From contig NZ_PQWO01000038.1 of the NCBI RefSeq assembly GCF_003231495.1, positions 1 through 25,081 on the forward strand: a DNA stretch of 25,081 nucleotides, given 5' to 3'. A program made the translations under genes and the position numbers. This stretch comes from Acaryochloris thomasi RCC1774. Its GTDB lineage: Bacteria; Cyanobacteriota; Cyanobacteriia; Thermosynechococcales; Thermosynechococcaceae. Under the pieces are notes generated by a model. The model saw only the letters and a list, made by a program, of their open reading frames with translations. It was not told the DNA's origin and did not search any database. Positions 8,707 through 17,500 of the stretch are shown here, in pieces. How positions within the stretch are numbered: the stretch's first letter is position 1; the number at the start of each line of letters is the position of its first letter.

Positions 8707-8947
8707 AGCTGAATTCCGCGAAGATCTTAAGTTTCTCGCTCGAACCAATCCGACCGCCTACGATAAGGTTTGGAGATTTATCGACGAATGTCTAGAGCAT
8801 CCATTCACCGGCACGGGAAAGCCTGAACCATTGAAATACGTTGGGCCTGATATCTGGAGCCGTAGAGTAACGCTGGAGGATCGCCTAGTTTACCGGGTTG
8901 GCAACGCCAAGGTAGATTTTTTAACCTGTCGCTATCATTATAGCTGA
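8636..8947 (+). CDS. yoeB: Txe/YoeB-family mRNA interferase toxin.
   Basis: HPFTGTGKPEPLKYVGPDIWSRRVTLEDRLVYRV...LTCRYHYS matches the YoeB core, including the GKPEPL, WSRR and C-terminal RYHY catalytic motifs. The only canonical in-frame start is GTG 8636. This gives a 21-aa basic N-terminal extension and a 71-nt overlap with the antitoxin gene. The conserved core begins near 8693. Confidence 0.85.
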   Translation: MSKRKKRIQSTSPGALPQRVPIFEAEFREDLKFLARTNPTAYDKVWRFIDECLEHPFTGTGKPEPLKYVGPDIWSRRVTLEDRLVYRVGNAKVDFLTCRYHYS

Positions 8948-9041
8948 CGAGTTTTACGCATTAAGCCAACGAATTTCAAGCTGTAGTTCAGAGGCAAGTC
9001 GCAAGAACGTCGAGAAATCTCTGCTAAGATAGACGAGCTTT

Positions 9042-9115
9042 GGGCTTGTAGCTCAGTGGACTAGAGCACGTGGCTTCGGACCACGGTGTCGGGGGTTCGA
9101 ATCCCTCCTGGCCCG
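9042..9115 (+). tRNA. tRNA-Arg, anticodon UCG (9076-9078); no encoded CCA.
   Basis: Manual cloverleaf: acceptor GGGCTTG/CTGGCCC (one U-U mismatch), D arm GCTC-AGTGGACTA-GAGC (A20 present, an Arg identity element), anticodon arm CGTGG-CTTCGGA-CCACG, variable loop GTGTC, T arm GGGGG-TTCGAAT-CCCTC, discriminator G. Confidence 0.9.
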
Positions 9116-9139
9116 TTTACTGTTTATGATTATTGTATT

Positions 9140-9166
9140 CCCCAGTTTCTTCTGGGGATTCTTTTT
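9140..9166 (+). terminator. Rho-independent terminator after the tRNA gene.
   Basis: CCCCAG (9140-9145), loop TTTCTT, CTGGGG (9152-9157), followed by ATTCTTTTT. Confidence 0.7.
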
Positions 9167-9181
9167 AGTTCGGTTAAGTCC

Positions 9182-9805
9182 ATGCCCCTGGTTCGAGTGC
9201 GTCAGCACGTTAATCCCCTCAGTCAGAAATATTTGGTGGCCACTGCGCCTCCAAACTTGCAAGATATTTTTGCCAAGCCCGAACGACCTCTGCATCTCGA
9301 TATTGGCTGCGCCCGAGGTCTATTTCTACTAGAGATGGCGGAGCATCAGCCCGACTGGAATTATCTAGGTGTGGAAATTCGCCAACCCTTAGTTGACCGT
9401 GCCAATCAAGATCGCAATATGCGGCAGCTCAACAACCTGCACTATCTTTTCTGCAATATCAATACATCCTTAAAGACGCTTCTCCCGCCTCAATCTGTGC
9501 AAGCGGTCACCATCCAGTTTCCAGATCCTTGGTTTAAGCGGCGTCATCAAAAGCGGCGGGTGGTGCAACCAGAGTTAGTAGAAGCCCTAGCGGGTTGTAT
9601 AAAACCCGGCGGCTGGATCTTGGTTCAGTCTGATGTATTGGAAGTAGCGGAAGAGATGTGCGATCGCATCTCTGAAAATCCTGCATTTACTCGGCAGAAC
9701 CAGAACTGGCTCCCAGAGAATCCATTGCCAGTGCCCACAGAGCGAGAGCGCACCACATTAGAGCAAGGAATGCCCGTTTACCGCAGCCAGTTTCAAAAGC
9801 CATAG
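9182..9805 (+). CDS. trmB: tRNA (guanine46-N7)-methyltransferase.
   Basis: MPLVRVRQHVNPLSQKY...LHLDIGCARGLFLLEMAEHQPDWNYLGVEIR...IQFPDPWFKRRHQKRR...GGWILVQSD are the hallmark TrmB motifs. The start is placed at ATG 9182. The track ORF start at 9086 would overlap the tRNA gene and its terminator. Confidence 0.9.
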   Translation: MPLVRVRQHVNPLSQKYLVATAPPNLQDIFAKPERPLHLDIGCARGLFLLEMAEHQPDWNYLGVEIRQPLVDRANQDRNMRQLNNLHYLFCNINTSLKTLLPPQSVQAVTIQFPDPWFKRRHQKRRVVQPELVEALAGCIKPGGWILVQSDVLEVAEEMCDRISENPAFTRQNQNWLPENPLPVPTERERTTLEQGMPVYRSQFQKP

Positions 9806-9893
9806 CAGGTAGTTACCAAACCTGAAACCAATGCAGTGCGATCCCGTGAGCGGGGGCATACTGAGTTGTATTGCCTGCGCCCCCTCAGTCCCT

Positions 9894-12800
9894 ATGCGCT
9901 TCTCTAGCCATCGCTTCTCGTTACTGCTGCTGTTGTCAATGTCAACATTTGGGCTTACCCCGCTGATGCAGCATTCTTGGGCTAAACAAAGTGTCAAAGT
10001 GCAAGGTGCTGATGTTCAGGCTGATTCATTGCGGCTCAGTCTTGGCCAGAAACCCCAATGGTCTGGTTCCCTGTTGATGGCACAGGCCGATATAGATGGT
10101 GAAAGACAGCGATCGCTTGAAGAAGCTAAGCAGTTAAATCAGCAAGTTGTTCAGCTATACAAACAGGGACGTTTCTCAGAAGCTGTTGCGTTCTCACAAC
10201 GCGTACTGAGTATTCGAGAAAAAGTACTTGGAGCAGGACACCCTGATATCGCCACCAGCCTCAATAACTTGGCTCTGTTGTATCATTCTCAGGGGCTTTA
10301 CTCAAAGGCTGAGCCGCTTTTCCAACGCGCCCTGAACATTGACGAGAAAGTACTTGGAGCAGGACACCCTGATATCGCCACCAGCCTCAACAACTTGGCA
10401 GAGTTGTATCGTTCTCAGGGGCTTCATTCAAAGGCTGAGCCGCTTCACCAGCGTGCGCTGAGTATTCGAGAGAAAGCACTCAGTGTCGAGCACCCTCACG
10501 TTGCCATCAGCCTCAATAACTTGGCAGGGTTGTATCATTCTCAGGGGCTTTACTCAAAGGCTGGGCCGCTTTTCCAACGCGCTCTGAGCATTCGCGAGAA
10601 AGTATTTGGAGCAGACCACCCTGATGTCGCAGTCAGCCTCAATAACTTGGCTCTGTTGTATCGTTCTCAAGGGCTTTACTCAAAGGCTGAGCCGCTTTTC
10701 CAACGCGCTCTGAGCACGAATGAGAAAGTGCTCGGAGCCGAACACCCCAATGTCGCCACCGGCCTCAACAACTTAGCAGAGTTGTATCGTTCTCAGGGGC
10801 TTTACTCAAAGGCTGAGCCACTTCACCAACATGCACTGAATATTCAAGAGAAAGCACTTGGAGCAGACCACCCTGATGTCGCAGGCAGTCTCAACAACTT
10901 GGCGCTGTTGTATCGTTCCCAGGGCCTCTATTCAAAGGCTGAGCCGCTTTTCCAACGCGCTCTGAGCACGTATGAGAAAATGCTCGGAGCCGAACATCCC
11001 AGTGTCGCTACCGGTCTCAACAATTTGGCCGAGTTGTATCGTTCTCAGGGGCTTTACTCAAAGGCTGAGCCGCTATGCCAACGCGCTCTGAATATTCGAG
11101 AAAAAACGCTCGGAGCTGACCACGCTGATGTTGCACAAAGCCTTAACAATTTGGCGCTGTTGTATAGTTCCCAGGGCCTGTATTCAAAGGCAGCTCCCCT
11201 TTACCAACGCGCACTGAGCATTCGAGAAAAAACGCTCGGATCACAACACCCTGATGTAGCAGATAGCCTCAACAACTTGGCAAGCCTATATGATTCTCAG
11301 GGCCTGTATTCCAAGGCAGTCCCCCTTTACCAACGCGCACTGAGCATTTACGAGAATGTTCTGGGAGCAGAGCACCCTCATGTCGCCACCAGCCTCAACA
11401 ACTTGGCACTGTTGCATCACGAGCAAGGAAATCTTACCCTTACCCATCAACTCTTTAGTCGTGCTGCGGATATCGAAGAACGGAATCTAGATCTGATGCT
11501 CTCCACCAGCTCTGAATCTAGGAAACAAGCCTACATTGCCACTCTGGCGGGAACAACAGATGCAATGCTCTCCTTCAGCATAGATGCTTCTGAGTCTCCT
11601 TCTTTTTCCCAACTGGCCTTCATAACTATCCTGCGCCGTAAAGGGCGAGTCTTATCTTCACTGATTAATAGCTTTCAATCTCTGCGCCAGAATCTATCCT
11701 CTACCGATCGCCCCCTTCTTGATCAACTCCAAGCTCTTCGTTCTCAACGAGCTACCCTCACCTTCCAGGGTCCAGATCAGCTCCCACCCAAACAACATCA
11801 GGCCACCCTTACTCAGCTTAAAATTCAAGAAGACCAGCTAGAGAACCAATTAGCCCGTAAAAGCGCAGAATTCCAAGCTGAGACCCAATCCGTCACCACT
11901 GCTGGTATCCAAGAACAAATCCCTCAAGGTGCAGCCCTAATCGAACTCGTCAAGTACAGCCCCTTCAATGCCAAAGCCATCAAGCAAGAATCTCAGTGGG
12001 GAACTCCCCACTACGCTGCCTACATCCTCAACGCAGACGGCACCCTCCAATGGACTGATCTCGGCAAAGCAGCCCCCATCGACCAGACCGTCACCCAATT
12101 CCGCCAAGCCCTCAAATCAAACACCTCCAACATCAAGCCCATCGCCCGCAAGCTCGACCAGCAGATCATGCAGCCCATCCGAGCAAAACTGGGCAACACC
12201 CGCCAGCTTCTTCTATCTCCCGATAGCCAACTCAACCTAATTCCCTTTGCCGCCCTCGTCGATGAGAACAATCAGTACCTGGTCGAGAACTACGACATCA
12301 CCTACCTCTCCTCCGGTCGAGATCTCCTCACACTCCAGACCACAAACTCTAAACAGAAGCTGCAGCCACCCGTCATCATTGCCAACCCCGACTATCAAAG
12401 TCCGGGAGAAAGCATCAAAATCGCATCCGCTCAAGCAGCAAAAAACCGCAGCTCCCAAGACCTAAACCTCAGTTTCGGCCCCCTACCCGGCACCAAAGCA
12501 GAAGCAGAGCAGCTTCAAAAACTACTCCCTCAATCGACACTGTTTACCCAGAACCAAGCCACAGAGAATGCCCTTAAGCAAGTCAAATCTCCAGAGATAC
12601 TCCACATCGCCACCCACGGCTTCTTTCTAGAAACCGATCTAGAGGCGGTCTCTACTCCCAATAACAATAGAGCCAGCATTAGTGTTGTTTCTCAAAAGCC
12701 CCCTAAAGCAAAGCAGGAGAAAAAGTACGAGAACCCTCTGCTGCGCTCCGGTCTAGCCCTAGCAGGAGCCAATCCACGCAAGAGTGGCACCGAAGACGGC

Positions 12801-13151
12801 ATCTTTACCGCCTTAGAAGCAACCAACCTCAATCTGCAGGGGACCAAGCTCGTGGTTCTTTCTGCCTGCGAGACAGGTCTGGGCAACGTGGAAAATGGTG
12901 AAGGTGTTTATGGTCTTAGACGCGCCTTCGTGATGGCGGGGTCTGAAAGTCAAGTGCTCAGTCTCTGGAAGGTGGATGACATCGGCACCAAAGATCTAAT
13001 GGTGAAGTACTATCAGCGTTTGCTCAATAAAGAGGGTCGGGGAGAAGCGCTACGGAAAACGCAGCTAGAGATGCTGAACAGTCCTAAATATCAGCATCCC
13101 TACTACTGGGCGGCCTTTATCCCGTCCGGTGACTGGAAGCCCATCCGCTAA
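9894..13151 (+). CDS. Exported TPR-repeat / CHAT-domain (caspase-like) protein.
   Basis: The likely start is ATG 9894, giving a signal-peptide-like N-terminus MRFSSHRFSLLLLLSMSTFGLTPLMQHSWA|KQ. About ten 42-aa KLC-type TPR units follow (LNNLAxLYxSQGLYSKAEPLxQRALxIxEKxLGxxHPDVAxS), then a coiled-coil-like linker. The C-terminal CHAT domain has a His/Cys dyad in ILHIATHGFF (His codon 12615-12617) and LVVLSACETGLG (Cys codon 12867-12869), and ends in HPYYWAAF. Confidence 0.9.
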   Translation: MRFSSHRFSLLLLLSMSTFGLTPLMQHSWAKQSVKVQGADVQADSLRLSLGQKPQWSGSLLMAQADIDGERQRSLEEAKQLNQQVVQLYKQGRFSEAVAFSQRVLSIREKVLGAGHPDIATSLNNLALLYHSQGLYSKAEPLFQRALNIDEKVLGAGHPDIATSLNNLAELYRSQGLHSKAEPLHQRALSIREKALSVEHPHVAISLNNLAGLYHSQGLYSKAGPLFQRALSIREKVFGADHPDVAVSLNNLALLYRSQGLYSKAEPLFQRALSTNEKVLGAEHPNVATGLNNLAELYRSQGLYSKAEPLHQHALNIQEKALGADHPDVAGSLNNLALLYRSQGLYSKAEPLFQRALSTYEKMLGAEHPSVATGLNNLAELYRSQGLYSKAEPLCQRALNIREKTLGADHADVAQSLNNLALLYSSQGLYSKAAPLYQRALSIREKTLGSQHPDVADSLNNLASLYDSQGLYSKAVPLYQRALSIYENVLGAEHPHVATSLNNLALLHHEQGNLTLTHQLFSRAADIEERNLDLMLSTSSESRKQAYIATLAGTTDAMLSFSIDASESPSFSQLAFITILRRKGRVLSSLINSFQSLRQNLSSTDRPLLDQLQALRSQRATLTFQGPDQLPPKQHQATLTQLKIQEDQLENQLARKSAEFQAETQSVTTAGIQEQIPQGAALIELVKYSPFNAKAIKQESQWGTPHYAAYILNADGTLQWTDLGKAAPIDQTVTQFRQALKSNTSNIKPIARKLDQQIMQPIRAKLGNTRQLLLSPDSQLNLIPFAALVDENNQYLVENYDITYLSSGRDLLTLQTTNSKQKLQPPVIIANPDYQSPGESIKIASAQAAKNRSSQDLNLSFGPLPGTKAEAEQLQKLLPQSTLFTQNQATENALKQVKSPEILHIATHGFFLETDLEAVSTPNNNRASISVVSQKPPKAKQEKKYENPLLRSGLALAGANPRKSGTEDGIFTALEATNLNLQGTKLVVLSACETGLGNVENGEGVYGLRRAFVMAGSESQVLSLWKVDDIGTKDLMVKYYQRLLNKEGRGEALRKTQLEMLNSPKYQHPYYWAAFIPSGDWKPIR
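10134..11490. repeat. 126-bp tandem repeat array (about 10 units plus degenerate flanking units) encoding the TPR region.
   Basis: Unit starts (CTCAAyAAyTTrGC) fall at 10260, 10386, 10512, 10638, 10764, 10890, 11016, 11142, 11268 and 11394. A 44-nt exact duplicate occurs at 10221-10264 and 10347-10390. Units 10638-10889 and 10890-11141 look like a two-unit (252-bp) duplication. Confidence 0.9.
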
Positions 13152-13160
13152 AGACCAACT

Positions 13161-14453
13161 CTAAATCACAGTCCCGTCAGGAATCACGGCATTCTTCAGC
13201 ACCACCGTCACACCGCTGCGAATCATGAAGCCATCGCTTTCGCGATCTGCTTCCTCGACACGATCTTTGTTGATGATTTGTACATTAGAACCAATGCAGG
13301 CATTTTTATCCACAATTGCCTTTTGAATCGTCGTATCACGACCAATACCGAGGGGCACCTGCTGATGGCTCGGATCAGCAGCGTGTTCTGGAGACTTCTT
13401 ATAGTAGTCAGACCCCATAATCATGGCTCGGTCAATCACACAGCCGGATTCAATGCGTGATCGGACCCCCAAGACCGAATTATTAATCTGACAGTTTTTG
13501 AGAATACAGCCTTCACTAATCATCGACTCTTTGACCTGACAGTCGAGCATTTTCGTCGGCGGCAGGTAGCGAGATCGGGTATAAATAGGCGCTTCACGAT
13601 CGTAGAAACTAAAGGGTGGTGCAGGCTGTCGGGTCAGCGCTAAATTCGCCTCATAAAACGATTCAATCGTTCCAATATCTTCCCAATAGCCGTTAAAAAG
13701 ATAGGCTTGGACGTTGTGGTCCGCCGCGGCCGATGGAATAATCTCTTTACCAAAATCTGTCGATTCCGGCGAATTCTTCAGCAGATCAATCAAGACATCT
13801 CGCTTGAAAACATAGATCCCCATAGAAGCGATGTAGGGCTTCTCTTTTGCCTCAGATGCAGAGAGTCCCAGCGTCGAGGTATCAACCTGCATTGCTCTGA
13901 GGGCATCCCCCGTGGGCTTCTCACTGAAGTCAACAACGCGACCCGACTGATCGATCTTCATAAGGCCAAAGCTGGAGGCCCTTGACTCACTGATAGGCAC
14001 AACCGATAGCGTGATATCTGCGTTGGTCTCCCGGTGACGGTGGACAAACTCTCGGTAATCCATCCGGTAAAGATGGTCACCAGACAGAATAATAAACTCA
14101 TCAATATCTTTTGATTCCGACAGCATCCATAGGTACTGCCGCACAGCATCTGCTGTGCCCTGAAACCAGTTGGGGTTTTCTGGCGTCTGCTGGGCTGCTA
14201 AGACCTCAGTAAAGCCATCAATAAAGCCAGAGAACGTATAGGTTTGGCTGATGTGCCGATTGAGAGAGGCTGAGTTGAACTGAGTCAACACGTATATCTT
14301 TGTAATCTCAGAGTTAATGGAATTACTAACAGGAATGTCGATCAGACGATACTTACCAGCCAACGGCACAGCAGGTTTGGCGCGTTGCTTGGTTAGCGGG
14401 TAAAGCCGAGTACCTGCTCCGCCCCCCAAGATAATCGCCATCACTTTTTTCAT
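13161..14453 (-). CDS. glgC: Glucose-1-phosphate adenylyltransferase (ADP-glucose pyrophosphorylase).
   Basis: [48 protein letters not shown]...[11 protein letters not shown]...FSEKP...[19 protein letters not shown] is unmistakably GlgC. The start is placed at ATG 14453. The track start at 14498 adds 15 non-conserved residues. Confidence 0.95.
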   Translation of the reverse strand: MKKVMAIILGGGAGTRLYPLTKQRAKPAVPLAGKYRLIDIPVSNSINSEITKIYVLTQFNSASLNRHISQTYTFSGFIDGFTEVLAAQQTPENPNWFQGTADAVRQYLWMLSESKDIDEFIILSGDHLYRMDYREFVHRHRETNADITLSVVPISESRASSFGLMKIDQSGRVVDFSEKPTGDALRAMQVDTSTLGLSASEAKEKPYIASMGIYVFKRDVLIDLLKNSPESTDFGKEIIPSAAADHNVQAYLFNGYWEDIGTIESFYEANLALTRQPAPPFSFYDREAPIYTRSRYLPPTKMLDCQVKESMISEGCILKNCQINNSVLGVRSRIESGCVIDRAMIMGSDYYKKSPEHAADPSHQQVPLGIGRDTTIQKAIVDKNACIGSNVQIINKDRVEEADRESDGFMIRSGVTVVLKNAVIPDGTVI

Positions 14454-14590
14454 GAAATAACCTCTTAACTGCCAATCCGCTCTACAGTCCAGTGTCAACC
14501 GCTAGGGGGCAGTTGACAAGGGCAAATTCGTTAAGAGACCGGTAAGGCCCCCGCCAACTCCAGATAACAAAGGTCTCTCGGATAATCTCG

Positions 14591-17500
14591 TTAATCCGAT
14601 CTCGAATCGTGTCTCTCGCTGTCTTGAGCCTGAGGCCCTATCTCTAGCATTTGGAACAGCTCATCGGCCTGCGCTTGATGCCATTGGCGAGATGGATCGC
14701 TCGAGAGACAGAGGCTCCACATGCGATGGATTTGGGCTTGCTCATAGGGCATCTCAAGCTGCTGCGCTATATCGAGTCCTTTTTTCCACAGACGCTTAGT
14801 TTGTTGAACCTTGCCCTGAATCCAATTGGTATATCCCAGCCAATACAGCTGTCGTGGTTGTCCGATTTGAAAAGATTGGGCATATTTTTGTAGAGCGCTC
14901 TGGGCTTGGCGGCAGAGAGCGAACTCACCCAGCAAATAGGATACGTCTAAGACGCTACCGTACCCTTCTAAGACATAGAGTGCGATCGGTGGGGACTGCT
15001 GAATAGAGTCTAGAGCTAGGGCAACAGCCTGCCGGGATCGCGCCAATTCTCCTTGACAATAGAAGATCAGCGATGATAGACCTTGCAGCCGGATCCGCTC
15101 ACTCACTAAATCAGGACGCTCTCTGAGCAGTTTTTGAGCTGATTGCATAAGGTTTAGGGTTTGAACTCCAACGGTCATTAAAGAGTCTGTGGGGAGTCCT
15201 ATGCCCAAAGCTGTCAGGGATTGGGGGCGACCGATATTTGACATCGCTAAGCGCTCTTCAATCTGTCCCAACAGCCCCCAGGCCTGGGCTTGAATATCGC
15301 CGCACTGATGACCCGTTTGATAGATTTGCTCCCAGAGGAGCAATGCGTCTCTAAAGCGGCCCTGGCAATGTTTGACCAACGCCAAAGCTGCTAGGGATTC
15401 AGCCAAATGGTGGTGATCACTAAGGGTACGATAGGCATCAATGGCAACCTGAAGACGTTCCTGTGCGGGAGACCACCGGCCCCCGCCGCTGCGATAGGCT
15501 CCCGTGACCAGGGCGACCCACCCAACACATGAAAGCGAGGCATCCAGCTCGTGCAGAGTGATCTCGGCGAGGGTACTGTATCGACGGGCGAGGCCATGAA
15601 GCTGGTTGAGTCCGGCAGCAAAGCACACATTCGCATAAATCCGAGCGAGCTCTGAGGAAGGAGCAGCGGTCTCTGCGATGTTAAGCCCTGTAATGCTGGC
15701 ATAGGTGGCGAGGGTCCGGCGATGCGTGTAGTAGTAGACTTCTCCCAAGGTGACGTAGGCTCTTGTCAGCTCTAGGCGTTTGAGCTGAAGCGCGGTGGAG
15801 AGAATTTCAGGAGAGCGAGACCTCAATCGATGCCAGGTTTGTTGTCCAATCTGTCTTAGCAAGTTTAGCCAAAGAGACCGCTGCGGCATGGCTTGTCCGA
15901 GTTGTGAGAGTGCGGCCTGCAAGTGATGCTCACTTTTTTGGAGCTGCCCTAGACTTAGGCAAGCTTCTCCTAACTGTCGATGCCATCGAGCCTGACGCGG
16001 CTGGTCAGTCTGGGTTCGCTCTAGGGCTTGGGTCAAAAACGCAATGGCTTCCTGATAGGCACCACTGGTGAGGGCCTGTTCACCGGCCTTGTCGAGATAC
16101 TCAAGGGCTTTGAGGTTGTCTTCCGCACGGCTCCAGTGGAAGGCAAGCAGTCCATAGGCGTCTTGACGGGATGAACTTTCGTACCAGGTTGCGATCGCAC
16201 GATGCAGCTCTCGTCGCTGAGAAAACAACATCAGCTGATAGGTGACTTCCTGCATCAGCACGTGGCGAAACATATAGGCCAGGGGTTCTGGCGATTCCAG
16301 CACCAGCAGTTTTTGTTGATATAGCCCCTGAACATTCTGGGGAAGCTGATGTTTATCAGCAGACAGCGGGTAGATTTCGTACAGCAACGGATAAAGGAAG
16401 CTACGGCCAATGACGCTAGCGGACTTCAGCAGAAGCTGCTGAGCAGGGGTCAAACGATCAATTCGGCTGGTGATCAGTCCCTGCAGCGTGGTGGGCAAAT
16501 TCAGCTCCTGTTCGTGAGGGCCATCGGCGGTCCAGTCACATTGATTATTTGCGATCGCAACCCCCCCCGCATCTCGCAGCGCGTAGGCCAACTCTTCACT
16601 CAAGAACGGATGTCCCTCAGCCTTCTGATAAATAAAGGTGGTGACCGACTCTGACAACGTCTGGATCCCAAGCTGCTGACAGACAAACTGTTGGGTTTCA
16701 GCACGGGACAGCCCCGCCAACCGCAAATACTTTGTTTGGTCCGCCGTCAGCAACTGTTGATAATCATCGGGACGTGAGCCTGTGCGGGGACGAGTGGCAA
16801 TCACAATCAGGACGGGCCACTTTTTCTGGCTGAGGGTACGTAATAATGCCCATGAGGCAGAATCAAGCCAGTGAGCATCCTCAAACGCAAATAACATGGG
16901 CGCTGATGTAACGCCTAGCAAATGCAGCAGCAGTGCTCGGATATTGTCCGCACGGACCGCCCCCTGCATCTGCTGCGTGAGCTCTGTTTCTGGGAAATCA
17001 ACATCGAACACAACATTGAGTAAGGGCGCAATGGCCTCAGGGCTCTTTGCCAACCGCGTGGGCACATCTGAATCTGATGCTAAAAGCGTTAATAGCTGCT
17101 GACGTCGCTGACGGGTATCGGTCTCTAGCCCCAGTCGTTGAGCGAGAATAGGTCGCCAAGCATAGTAGGGCGTAAATTGCTCAATGGCGTCTCCGGCCCC
17201 TGAGGTAAAAGACAGATTTTGGGTTTTAGCCCAGTGCAAAAAGTTGGCGAGCAGTTTAGACTTTCCGATCCCGGCCTCACCCTCAAGGATTGCGATGCTG
17301 GGTCGCCGCTTCTTTCGCCAGCGTCGCACCATTTCGATCAGATGTTGACGTTCACGCTGGCATCCGATTAGATCGGTCTCTGCAATCAATGGCGGTGGGG
17401 TAAGACCCAGGGGCTGATAAACAGACACTGGTCTATCGAAACCCTTGAAGAGCCGGGGTGACAGTGCGTTATAGGTGAGTTTTGATCGGCTAGCTCGGTA

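Noticed and set aside
9086-9181. The 5' extension of the trmB track ORF (start 9086) overlaps the tRNA-Arg gene and its terminator.
   Set aside because: The conserved TrmB N-terminus begins at ATG 9182 (MPLVRVRQHVNP). The extension is read through a structural RNA gene and a terminator hairpin, so it is an ORF-finder artefact.
9894-13151. The TPR-CHAT protein could be part of a type III-E CRISPR (Craspase-like) system.
   Set aside because: There is no CRISPR array, gRAMP/Cas7-11 or other cas gene anywhere in the window, and a predicted signal peptide argues against a cytoplasmic CRISPR role.
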